From assembly GCA_965240325.2 (NCBI GenBank), contig OZ251243.1, forward strand, positions 992,001 through 1,056,000: a DNA stretch of 64,000 nt, in the 5' to 3' direction. The stretch's first letter is position 1. Every line of letters starts with the position of its first letter. The DNA comes from Rebecca billardiae RCC1528 (Eukaryota; Protista; Haptophyta). Both the position numbers and the translations under genes were made by a program. Under the pieces are notes generated by a model. It saw only the letters and a program-made list of their open reading frames with translations. It ran no database searches and was not told where the DNA came from. Positions 45,618 to 56,195 of the stretch are shown piece by piece.

Positions 45618-46646
45618 TCACGACGACGCAGCGGGCGCGGCGGTGGTGACGAACAGCACAGCAGAGGGCAGCAGCCCGAGTGACGACGCCGTTGCGGTCG
45701 CAGCGTCCGCGGGGGACGCGTCAACAACGAGCCCCGAGCGTCGGAGCGTCAGCGCGATCGCCGGGGCGCGGCACACCAGCCGCAGCTCGCTCGCGCCCGC
45801 GGTACCGTCCGCCGCACCGCCCGGCGCGGCGCGCTGCTCGACGCAGTGACGCACCGCGCTGTCCAGCGCTGCCTGCAGGGTGTCTGTCGCGCGCAGCTCG
45901 AGCTGGAGCTGGGAGCCGTCGAGCTCGGGGAAGCGGAGCTGCAGCCGCGCGCACGGCACGGCCGCCCCCGACGCGAGCTTCGAGCCGGCGCGCCGCGTGG
46001 TCGCGTGCTGCTCGGCCAGCTGGCGCGAGAGCTGAAGAGCGTCCGACAGAGGCAGCGGGCGAGCGCTCTGCAGGGCCCCCGGGGTCGGCTGCGCGGGTAG
46101 CGCCGCGCCCGAGGCCGGCACGTCCGCGCGGCCGAGCGGCGCGCCGCTGCACATCGGAGATGGCGCGCTCTCGCGCTGCTCCTTGCCTCGCGCCGCCTCG
46201 CCCTCGGCCAGCTCGCGCGACAGCTTCAGCGCCAGTTGCAACTGTCGCTCCTCCTCCTCCTCGTCCGCCGCCCGGTCGGCCGCCCCGTCGTGCTCGGCCG
46301 GCTGGCTCGTGGCGGCCGCAGCCGCCGACGAGCTGCCCGCCGCGGCGCTCGACGAGCCGGCACGAACGCCTCGGATCACCACGCGCTGGACCTCCGCATC
46401 CGCCGCGGTGTACTCGAGGCATACGGCCGCATCAGGGCCTCGGACGACCCACTTATCGCCCGCAAATGTGCTCTGCGTGTGCACAATCTCGCCGCGACTG
46501 CCAGCGGCGAGCTCGGCGTACTGGCGCTCGGTGCCGTCGGCCGCGCGCCAGAAGAGCACGGCCTGCCGAGCGTCGCTCTCGCCGACGGGGAACTCGAACT
46601 CGAGGACGACGCAGTTCGCGTGCTTTGTGATGGTGTGCGACGACAT
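45618..46646 (-). CDS. Protein with VHL-beta-like domain, UIM and C-terminal UBX/ubiquitin-like domain
   Basis: VLFW...DG....YAEL.AG......STFAGDKWVVR (VHL beta pattern); EEEEERQLQLALKLSRE (UIM); ARLQLRFP..DGSQL......DTL....SLGLLPSAVLFV (UBX). Confidence 0.7.
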   Translation of the reverse strand: MSSHTITKHANCVVLEFEFPVGESDARQAVLFWRAADGTERQYAELAAGSRGEIVHTQSTFAGDKWVVRGPDAAVCLEYTAADAEVQRVVIRGVRAGSSSAAAGSSSAAAAATSQPAEHDGAADRAADEEEEERQLQLALKLSRELAEGEAARGKEQRESAPSPMCSGAPLGRADVPASGAALPAQPTPGALQSARPLPLSDALQLSRQLAEQHATTRRAGSKLASGAAVPCARLQLRFPELDGSQLQLELRATDTLQAALDSAVRHCVEQRAAPGGAADGTAGASELRLVCRAPAIALTLRRSGLVVDASPADAATATASSLGLLPSAVLFVTTAAPAASS

Positions 46647-46997
46647 CGGCGCGACGACCTGACCACTTTTGCCTTTTGGACGATGGCGGACTGAGTAGAA
46701 CTTTAGCTGACTGTCGTCTCTTATTCTTAGTAAACTGTATCGCATCTAGAGTCTGTCTAGCAGCTGTTCCACAGTCCACGCCGCCGCTACAGTGTAGCTA
46801 TGATAGTTAGTACAACATTGTGATTGGCAGCATCATCAGTCAGACTCAGAGTCTGCATGAGCTGGTAATATACTTAATCAGTGACGCTGATGATGTCAAG
46901 CACAGACTGCTACTGTACCGACTGAAACCCAGACTCACTCTCACTCTCAGACTGCCGGGTCTGCCGGCAGCCAGCCGGAGGCTGCCACTGCTGTCGA

Positions 46998-47831
46998 TCA
47001 TGATGACGATGCCGTGTCTGCCACTGCTGCGCTCCACTCGCGGCAGTACGGCTTGTGTGCCTTCCACGCACGCCGAAGGTGATCTTGACAGCAGAACACC
47101 GCCACGCGGCACCGCTCGCACTTCTTCAGACCACGGCCCGTCCGTGCGCACACGATGCAGCACTTGGACACCACCTCGCGCAGCCCGCCACACGCGGCAT
47201 CGAGCTGCTCGTACGGATCCAACGAGCTGTCGAGCTCGCAGCCGCGGCGCACCATCTGTGCGCCCTCTTGTACATCCTGCACAACGCCAACGCCTGCCAT
47301 GGTCAGCGCGCCGAGTGTTATCTGCGCTTCAGCTAAGCCGCCGTCGGCCGCCAGCCGGTACCAGCGCACCGCCTCGGCCGTATCCACCGGCACACCCTGG
47401 CCGATTGAGCACCACAGGCCCAGCGTGAACTGTGCATCCTCTTGACCCTGCTCAGCCGCCAGCCGATACCAGCGCGCCGCCTCAGCCAAGTCCTGCGGCA
47501 CGCCATGGCCGTCTGCGCAGCACACGCCCATAATGTAGCGCGCGTCTGCTTGGCCTTGCTCAGCCGCAGGCCGCAGCCAGCGCACGGCCTTCGTAAAGTC
47601 CGGAGTATGTCCAAGCTTGCCGAGGTAGTACATGCTCCCAACGTTGCAACGAGCGTCCGCATCTCCGAGCTCCGCGGCCGTCAAAAGCAGGCGAGCCGCC
47701 TCGTCCGAGTCCTGTGCAACACCATCTCCGCTGTTGTAGCGCTTGGCAAGGAGGTACGTCGCGCGCGCATCGCCTCGTGCCGACCTGCGCTTGAGCAGAC
47801 GCAAGGGCAAGGCGCCAATATCCTTCTCCAT
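46998..47831 (-). CDS. Sel1-repeat protein with C-terminal MYND zinc finger
   Basis: About 5 Sel1 repeats (G.GV.QD..EA.RWY..AAEQG); CIVC...CERC...FCCQDH...AWKAHKPYC. Confidence 0.9.
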   Translation of the reverse strand: MEKDIGALPLRLLKRRSARGDARATYLLAKRYNSGDGVAQDSDEAARLLLTAAELGDADARCNVGSMYYLGKLGHTPDFTKAVRWLRPAAEQGQADARYIMGVCCADGHGVPQDLAEAARWYRLAAEQGQEDAQFTLGLWCSIGQGVPVDTAEAVRWYRLAADGGLAEAQITLGALTMAGVGVVQDVQEGAQMVRRGCELDSSLDPYEQLDAACGGLREVVSKCCIVCARTGRGLKKCERCRVAVFCCQDHLRRAWKAHKPYCREWSAAVADTASSS

Positions 47832-48138
47832 CCGTGGCAGATCGTGCGGCTGTCGTAGGCGCTCCCCGCGGTGGCGTCGGGGTCGTCGGCGGTCGCGGGT
47901 GTTGTCCGTTGGCACGATATTCCTCCTCGCTAGCGCGCGCGAATTTATGGTACAGTAATTGGAATTCGTCTCGATTATGCCAGCAGCTGCAGATCAAATA
48001 AAGGTCTGGAGCGCAGAGATCAGAGATGACGACGCATTGAACATCAAGCGCGCGCGATGCCGATTTCGCGGGCAGCAGCCTGCAAGGATAATCACTGCCT
48101 TGCAGCCAGCGGCGGCGCGCGCTGCGCGCGGTGTCCCA

Positions 48139-51100
48139 TCAGGATATCTGGACATCTACGGGGCCGCCGGCCTTGCCGCCCCCTCGCCGTCGTGCGTACA
48201 GCCTGCTGACGCAAACGTTCAGGTCGCCAAACTCGCCGGTCGGGCCGACGACGGCGAGCATCGCCGTGAACGCAAAGTTGGCCATGAGCAGCTGCGAGTG
48301 CGCGCGCGCGCGCGAGGTCGAGGAGTGCGAGTTGGGCGAGCAGTGAGCCGGCGCGAGCGCGGGCGGCGCGCGACGCGCGGGCGGCAGCGGCACGGACCGA
48401 GAACGTGACCGTCGAGAGCATGAACACGCCGAACTTGAAGAAGAACTGCAGCGTGGTGAGCAGCAAAAAGGCGGAGGAGCCGATCGTCGTGATCGCGCCC
48501 GCCTGTACGCTGATCCCCACCTCGACGAGCGCGTGCGTGAGCCGGCCGTTCCGGTCGGGCTGCGGCGCGTGCACGTACGCGAGGGCGTAGTGCACGACAA
48601 AGTCGACGGAGAAGCCCACGACGATCGTCGCGCAGATCGCCTCGACCAGCCCGAGCGTCCACCCCTGCACCACCATCAGGCCGAGCGTGCAGCACACGAC
48701 ACCGCCGATGCACACGAGCGCGATCGCCGCGACCACCACGTTGCCCACAAAGAGGATGAGCGAGAACGCGGCGAAGGCCATGGCGATGAGCACGCCCTCG
48801 ACGGCGGAGGAGATGTAGGCCTGCTGCATCCGCATCGTCATGAACAGCCCCGAGTCCGTCGTCACGAAGAAGTCCGGCTGCCCCTTGGGCTTCTTCGCGT
48901 TCTGCTCCGCCTCGAACTTGAACGTGGCCGCGTGGCCGGGCTCGATCTCGGGGATGCCGTAGAAGAGGCGCGGCGAGAAGTCGAGCTGCACGCCGCTGAT
49001 CATGAAGTCGATGGCCGTCACCCGGCCGTCGCTGTCGCGCCGCGCCTTGACGAACTTGCGCTGGATGTAGTCGTAGCCCTGCGGCGCGGGGCGGCGCGCG
49101 GCGGAGTGCGCGCGCGGCTGAGCGCTCGCGCTCGCGCGCGCGCATTCGCGGGGCGCGGCGCGGCGCGGCGCGGCGCGCGCGCGGGCGGCTCACCTCGCCG
49201 CCGGGCTCGTTGTCCTCGGGCTCCTGCAGGAAGTTGCTCACCTGCTTCCAGAACTCGTCCTCACCCTCCACGGGGAACTCCTTGCGGTTCGACTCGAGGA
49301 ACGCCTTGAAGTCCCTCATGAAGCAGTGCGTCAGCCTCCGCTTGTACACAAACTCGGTGCCCGGCTCGCCGCGCGTCGCCTCAATGTCGCGCGCCGCCTC
49401 GCACACGTCGAGCAGGTACTCCTGCATGCTGGTGGAGGACGGGTCGAAGGTGTCGTCGAAGACGGCCTCGCCGCACGAGCGCTCGAAGCACGCGTCCGAC
49501 TCGTAGTCGAACTTGGAGAACTGACCGTAGTCGTTGTCCTTGATGCCCCACACCAGCCAGAGCTCAGCGCGCTGCTCCGAGTCGCCCGCCATCCAGCCGT
49601 CCCGCTGCGACATGAGCGCGCGCCAGAGCGGGTCGTTGTCTGGCAGCACGGCGGGGGACTCGCGTGAGGGCTCGAGCTGCGAGGTGAAGTACGCCATCGT
49701 GCCGATCAGCGCGACCACCAGCGCGAGGATCACGAAACGGAACCGGATGATGAACGGCGCGAAGCGGTCGCGGAAAAACAGCTCCGTCCTGTTGAGGCTA
49801 CTCGCGCCGCCGCCCGCCTCGGCGCGCGGCTGGCCCGCGCCGCCGCCGCCGCCGCCGCCGTTGACGACGACGCGACCGGCCTCGGCCTCCGCCGGCGCGC
49901 CCGCGCCCGACCCCGCGCCCGACCCCGCGCGCTTGCCCTGCGCGCCACCCGCCGCCTTGGGCGCCGCCGAGCGGCCCGGCAGCAGCCGCGCGAAGCAGCT
50001 CGCCTGCCACAGCGCAGGAGGGATGCAGCACGCGTGCCGCCCGCGCAAGTACGTGTCCCAGATGAGGATGAGGGCGGGGACGACGGTCACGTCGATCAGC
50101 CAGTTGTGCACGATCGTGAGCGCCGAGAGGATGCCGAACGCCGCCATCGGCATCACCGGCGACGGGATCGCCGCGCAGAAGGAGAGCGCGGTGGTGATGT
50201 TGCAAGCGAACATGGCCTTGGACGCGCGCCGCCACACGTGCGACATGCGGTACAGCGGCGCGTCCGCCTCGCCGTGCAGCTCAACCCAGTACGGTACGCC
50301 CTCGAGCGACTGCTCCCACTGGTCGAACACGATGAACACGCCGTCCGCGCCCAGCCCGAGCAGGATGAACAGCAGGAAGATGTTCAGCGGGTCGAAGAAG
50401 GTCACGCCGAACACGACGATCGCCCAGAACGCTCCAACTGGGAAGCAGAGCACCACGCCAAAGATGGTCGAGAGGGCGATGAAGAGGGAGCGCGTGTGGA
50501 AGGCGATGTACGCGAGCACGAAGATCAGCGCGCCCAACGCGAACAGCACGTCCCGCCGGAGCACCGCCTGTAGGTACGTGTTCGTCACGGGGCTGTCCGC
50601 CAGCCAGCGGAACGCCAGCTTGCCCTCTGCCTCGAGCTCCTCACGGTACGCCTCGAGCCTCGGGATGAGGTCGATGAGGTGCGCCTCGATGAGCTTCTCC
50701 TGCTCGTCCGCGCGGTCGTGCTCGTCCTCGTACCCGCCGAGCGGCATCCCCGTGCGCACCGTCAGCCGCGTCGCGTGCGCCCTGCGGTCGCCCTTCTCGT
50801 AGTAGTGCGGCAAATAGAAGGACGCGGGGAACACGCTCGCGCGCGCTGGGATCTCGTCGGCGTCGGGCGTGTCCACCTCGGCGTCGAGCTTGCGGAACGC
50901 CTTGTCCAGGTCGTTCCACCCGTCCTCGGGCCGGCAGTCGTCCGGGTCCTTGCAGAAGTAGGTGAGCGGCGAGTACGCGCGCTGGCACTTGTGCTTGTCC
51001 GCCGTGGCGTCCTCGCAGCCGGCGAGCCGCGCGCACACGCCCTGCGCGGTCGCGTTGGCGCCAATGCGCACGGGCAGCGTCGCCGCGAGCGCAGGGCCGG

Positions 51101-51770
51101 TCTGGTTCTGGTTGTATCCGTCGGGCAGCTCGGCGACGATCGCCTGCGCCGTCTCGGCCGCCTTCTTGATGTCGCACGTCTCGCTCAGCGCGTTGCACAG
51201 GCCGGTCGCCGAGGCGACCATGTCTGCGGCCGCGTCCGCGGCCGCGTCCGAGAGGCCGCTGAGCGCGCCGATGAGCTCGCCGGCGGCGTTGACCGTGCCC
51301 TTCGCCTTGGCGCACTTGACGCTCTCCTTCGTCGGGCACCGCCAGCAGAACGCGTCGTAGTTGCGGCTGTTCTCGATCACGCGCTGCCCGCGGAAGATGC
51401 GCACGAGGTTCTCCTCGGTGAAGATGTCGGCGTCAAGGTTGGCTTCGCCATTCTCGTCGATCTCCTCAAAGAACAGCGTGTACCCGAGGAACGGCACCGT
51501 CTGACGCTCCGTCTCCACCGACCTGATGTCCACCACGCGCCGCGCGTTGATGTACATGTCCAGGCGGAACGTCTCGACCGCGTCCGTCGGCGAATACGCC
51601 GAGCGGCCGTTCGGCGCGCCAAACTTGACGTTGATCGCGCCGATGCCGAAGACGGCGAGCAGCCCAAAGACGGCGTAGAAGCCGAGCGTCACGAGCACCG
51701 GCCATTTTGCGAGCACGCGCGCGAACGGGTGCAGCCGCGTCGTCCCGAACTCTGCCGCAGCGTTCGTCAT
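48139..51770 (-). CDS. Dispatched/Patched-like RND transporter with sterol-sensing-type domain; exons 51770-49194, 49078-48398, 48291-48139
   Basis: 1+5+1+5 TM layout; GLGADGVF and GFSVDFVVHY GxxxD motifs; two GT-AG introns (115 and 106 nt) give a 1136-aa frame. Confidence 0.88.
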
Positions 51771-52089
51771 GCCCGCAGTCCTCGCGGGTGGTTGTGGGGG
51801 GTTTCCAGGTTCGAGCCGTGGACGAGCCGCGATAAGCCGCCGGCCGCGCAAAGGAGGAAGGTGATTGGTCGACCGCTCAGGCGCTCACAATCTTTCGGTT
51901 CCTATCGTTATCTCATCATTCTTCCCGCCCAGCATCTGACGCCGATTTATCCAACTTCCAGTCAACTTCGCTACTGACACCCTATCATACAATATCCATT
52001 TCATGCAAGCCCAATGGCTACAAAAATGCTCGCGTTTTACTTTCATATTCGCGACCGGTGCGGTCGCGGAAACAGGCCGCGCGCCCCAC

Positions 52090-53405
52090 GGCTTGTCAGA
52101 CAAACCCACGGCGGACGGCCCCGCGCGCGCACGGCGCGATGGCGGCCTCACGCGGCGCGCTCGGACGCGCACCCACGGCCGCTGCGGGTGCGCGCGCGAG
52201 GTCGGCGCGGCTCAGGACACCTGTGGGCCTCAATCGCGCGCGCTCCCACCCGACCTCGCCGCCCTCGCCGCGCGCAGGGCCCTGTTACTTTCGACGGGAC
52301 ACGCCCACGAGGCGTGCCCGCCGCGCGAGCGCGCGCGCGCGCGTGTGCCAGAGGCCCAATTAAGACGAGCCACGGCCTCTGCCCGATGGGCCTAGGTGTT
52401 GGCGCGTCGGCGAGCCCCCGCGCGTGACGATCGCCGCGCATACTCAGCGGAGATGAGCGGTTTTGTTGCTTGTTGAGCATATTGTTCGAACAGCTCAAAT
52501 GCACATGTTACCGCATGGCACGTTCTCGGGCACCTGCTGCGTAGACAGTGCGCTCGACATGTGAGCGATCATCTGCAGGCTCGTGCACATCCCCGCTGAT
52601 GGCGTGGTGTGGTCTGATGTGGAGCAGGAAGGTGTCCACTGCTGCACGAAGATGGCCCGGTCAGGCTCGGGGCCCGCATCGGCTCCGCCGGCTGGGCGCG
52701 GTAGTCACAGAGAGGTCGAGACACAGTGAGCGACGAAGCAGACCGCAAGGTATCAGGAGACGCAACGGACGTGCTAGTTCAGAAGTTGATCGAAGCTCCG
52801 GATGCGTACACATCCCCGAACTGTGCGACGCGGCGTGCCGGCGGCGCCGACCGACACGCCAGGGCTGTAATGACTGAACCGGTTGCTGGCTGTCACGCGC
52901 GTGCGTGCGGCCTGACCGACACCAGCATGGCTCAAGGCGCAGTAGTGATGTTCATCACTCTCAGGCTCACGCAGAGAAGCGAAAAAACGACCGTTGAATA
53001 CCTCCACGCCGGCCCCGGTCATTGCTTGTCGGCCAGGCCGCACTGGCTGAGGAGCCGCGCGTCCCAGTCAGCAGGTCTCTGCGCGCAAATCGGGCGGCGA
53101 GGGCGTGGGACAAGGCGGCGCGATTGCTGCCATCGGGTCTTCTCGCCACCACGAGGCGCCCGCGCACGCCTGTCAAGCTCGTATGCGGCCTTGGGCGCGT
53201 TGCGCAGGCGGGCCATCGCCGCCTCGCGTCGCCAGTGAACGCCATCCGCCGTTTGCGGTTGGGCGTCCGGCGCCGCCCGCGCACGCGCCACGCGTATTCA
53301 GCTACTCCCGGAACACACACCTTCCTCGGAGGCAGGTGTGTGTTCCGGGAGCCGTCTGCGCCTTCCGGACTTTTGTGGCCCCAGCGTGGGTTTGTCTGAC
53401 AAGCC
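52090..53405. mobile_element. Non-autonomous TIR element, PIF/Harbinger-like (21-bp perfect TIR, 3-bp TSD CAC)
   Basis: GGCTTGTCAGACAAACCCACG (52090-52110) and its reverse complement at 53385-53405; CAC on both flanks. Confidence 0.85.
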
Positions 53406-53698
53406 CACGGCCAGGTGCCGGGCCTTGGCCTTGCAGTGCTAAGTCACTTTGCACGGGCACAGAGAGTCTTGATCAGAGTGAGACAGAGTGAGAGAGCCTA
53501 CGGACCAGGACGAAGTCTCCTGCTTCAGCCAGTGTAGCCACGCCGACTCAGGGCGGCGATGCGCAGTTTCCTCCGTCCCGAAGCCGCTCCGAAACCTCGT
53601 TGCAGACAGCAGTGCCGCTGAGACGCGGAGTTCCGAGTTGCCGGTTCGGCGTTGATTGACAGACCGAGTGACACAGTCAGCTTGACCACCTCGAGCTG

Positions 53699-54531
53699 TC
53701 AAGCAGGTTGTGTCTGCTCGGGTCGGCCGGCGTCGATGTCGCCAGACGCGATCTTGCGCTGGAGGCTCACGGCGCCGAGCACGTACCAGCCGCCCAGGGC
53801 GACCGTCAGCACGAGCTGGATCGGCATCTCGATGGCGGCGCTTGGCTGCACCGCGAGCGCGAGCGCGCCGCGCACGGCAATGGATGCGCATTGGAGCGCC
53901 AGCAGCAGGGCGAGCACCTTCCAGTAGCAGCCGAGAGCGTCGGCGCTCGAGTTGGCGATGGCGCTGTGTCCATACGCGAGCAGAACGATGCTCGCCACCG
54001 CCACCACCAGGCCAGCGATCACAGTCGCGATGATGGCGCTTGCCTGCTCCTCACAGTCGTCGATTGTGTCCGAGAGGCAGAGCGCTGAGAGAGTGACGAT
54101 TGCGACGATGAGGAAGACGAGCCGAATGACCATCAGCAGAAGGAAGAAGAGCGTGACGCGTCTCATCCCTGCGTGCGGACGGCGGGCGGAGGAGCGAGAG
54201 TGAGCGCGGACCAACGCGATGGAGGGCGCTGCAGTGGGCGGCTCACCGACCAGGCGCGGTGCGTACCTGTGTGGAGGTCCCAGCAGCAGCATCGATCTGG
54301 CGGGCAGCCACCTCGCACACGCAGCAGTAGATGTACCGTCGACCCGCTCGCGACACCACACTCATCGAGTGCTCGCCAGTCCTCGAGCTGCTTCCCCGCG
54401 TGGACGAGCCGCTGCTCGCACGGCGGCACGCCGAGGATCTCGTGCACCTGCCGCTTCACGTGGTGCACGGCGGCGTCGGCGGGGTCCAGCTCGAGCACCA
54501 GGGTGCGGCTTGCTCGGACAAAGAGCTGCAT
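53699..54531 (-). CDS. Ubiquitin-like domain fused to a four-TM membrane protein; exons 54531-54267 and 54168-53699
   Basis: MQLFVR...GVPPCEQRLVHAGKQLED...TVHLLLRVRGG then CPPDRCCCWDLHTG; a 98-nt GT-AG intron (54169-54266) joins it in frame to 4 hydrophobic helices (244 aa). Confidence 0.8.
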
Positions 54532-54741
54532 GACGGGTTGCGTCCTGCACCTGGTCCGCCGTGGTACCCGCCGGCCGTGCAGTCTAATGCCGTCGGGATG
54601 AGGATGACGGGCAGGCGAGAACATTACCGGCGGGTTACGAGAAGTCGAGAACCGCCTCGCGTCAATATGAATATAGTCCTTCGTCTTTCTCCAAGACCGC
54701 ACCGCGGCCGGGCTTGCTGGCGAGCGAAGCCTGCGCTGCGA

Positions 54742-55983
54742 TCATGCGGCGATCGACGAGACGGACGAGCCAGCGCGCTTGAAGGTGCGCCCCGTCACCG
54801 TCTTCTTCTCCGCCGCGTGCCGGTCCGGCTTGGCGCGGTTGAGCACCTGCAGCCACGTGTTCACGCGCGCGCGCATCTGTGAGTGCATGTTCGACTTGGA
54901 CGCCTTGACGTGGTACATCACGTACGAGCGGTAGGAGGAGACGAGGCCGACGGCCTTCTCGAGCCGGCCCGGGCCCTCGAGGTGCCGCTTGTCCAGCGCG
55001 ATCGAGAGGTAGCCCAGGGGCGCGTCAGGGCCGTCCGCACCGCTGAGCATCTGCTGCAGCTCATGCGGAGGCTTGAAGCTGAACGCGACGATGGGCGCGC
55101 TGGCGAGCGTGCGGTCGTTCCTCCGGACCACCTCCATCTCCTGGGCGGGGCACAGGGCGCCGCGCCGCCGACGCGCAGGCGCACACGGGGGAAGCGCGGC
55201 GCGTGGTGCAGTGAGCGGGCGGGCACGCGGCGGGCGCGCCGGCGCGCGCGCGCGGAGCCGTCGAGCGATGCGGCGAGCGTGATGCGTGCGCGGCACGCAG
55301 CCTCGCCACCCACCTGCAGGAAGACGGCCGCCAGCGCCTGCTCCGTCGGGTCGTCGAACGTGAGCACGAAGATGGTGATGATGCGCTCCGGCGCGGGCAC
55401 CACGTACATCGCCTCGCGCGGCCGGAAGTGCACCACGTAGCACGGCAGCGGCACGGGCCTGCCGTTGAGCAAGGCGTCGTAGCACACCCACAGCGGCGCG
55501 CCCTCAATGTCACGGCGGAGGCAGCTGACGAGGCGTGCGAGCTCCTCCTTGCGCTCCTCGGGCGCGGAGGCGAGCTCGCTCAGGTCGAGCTCGACGGTGA
55601 GGCTCGTCCCCGGCTCCGGCGTGTCTCGCAGGCAGCTGCCCAGCCGCGATCGGAAGAAGGCAAACCCGACCTGCTCGAGCACTTGGGCAAAGCATCGCGC
55701 GGTGACCGACACGAGCAGGATGTGCGGCGAGCTCGGGTCGGAGGTGATCTTGTACAGGACGTCGTTGTGATCTGCAGCCGCCACGTCGACCGCGACGTGC
55801 TCTTCACTGCGAGCGGACCGTCGCGGCGTCGCCAGCGCGGCGCGCCGGGGACGCATCAGTGTGTGAGCGCACGGGTAGTCGATAGCGCGGAGCCGAGGGT
55901 GCTCCGGCGCAGGGAGCGCACCTGTGTAGCTGCGCGTGCACCGCCTCCGCGACGATCCGGTTGCCAGGCTCCAGGTGTATCAT
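54742..55983 (-). CDS. ARPC2: Arp2/3 complex 34-kDa subunit; exons 55983-55922, 55806-55314, 55140-54742
   Basis: MIHLEPGNRI start, HFRPREAMY, VFLQE, YHVKASKSNMHSQMRARV..WLQVLNRAKP, EKKTVTGRTF; two GT-AG introns, 317 aa. Confidence 0.95.
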
Positions 55984-56195
55984 CTCGCGCGCGTGCAAAG
56001 CGGCGCCAGCGCCGAGCAGCCGATCGCGCGGCCTTCAGGCGTCGCCGCCGTTGTCCGCACGATGGCTGTGCAGCGCACTCAGTGAGGCAGCCCGTGAGCC
56101 GGATCCAACAAGTCCGGGTTACTTGCGAACGCTTGCGCTTCCGGGCGCCAACTGAGGCGAAGTTCCGGCTGCAGACCACTTCCCGGCCGCCGCAA

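Noticed and set aside
48219-49193. Arg-rich C-terminal 350 aa of the 1210-aa ORF
   Set aside because: Read-through into intron 49079-49193; the spliced frame restores the RND C-terminal half.
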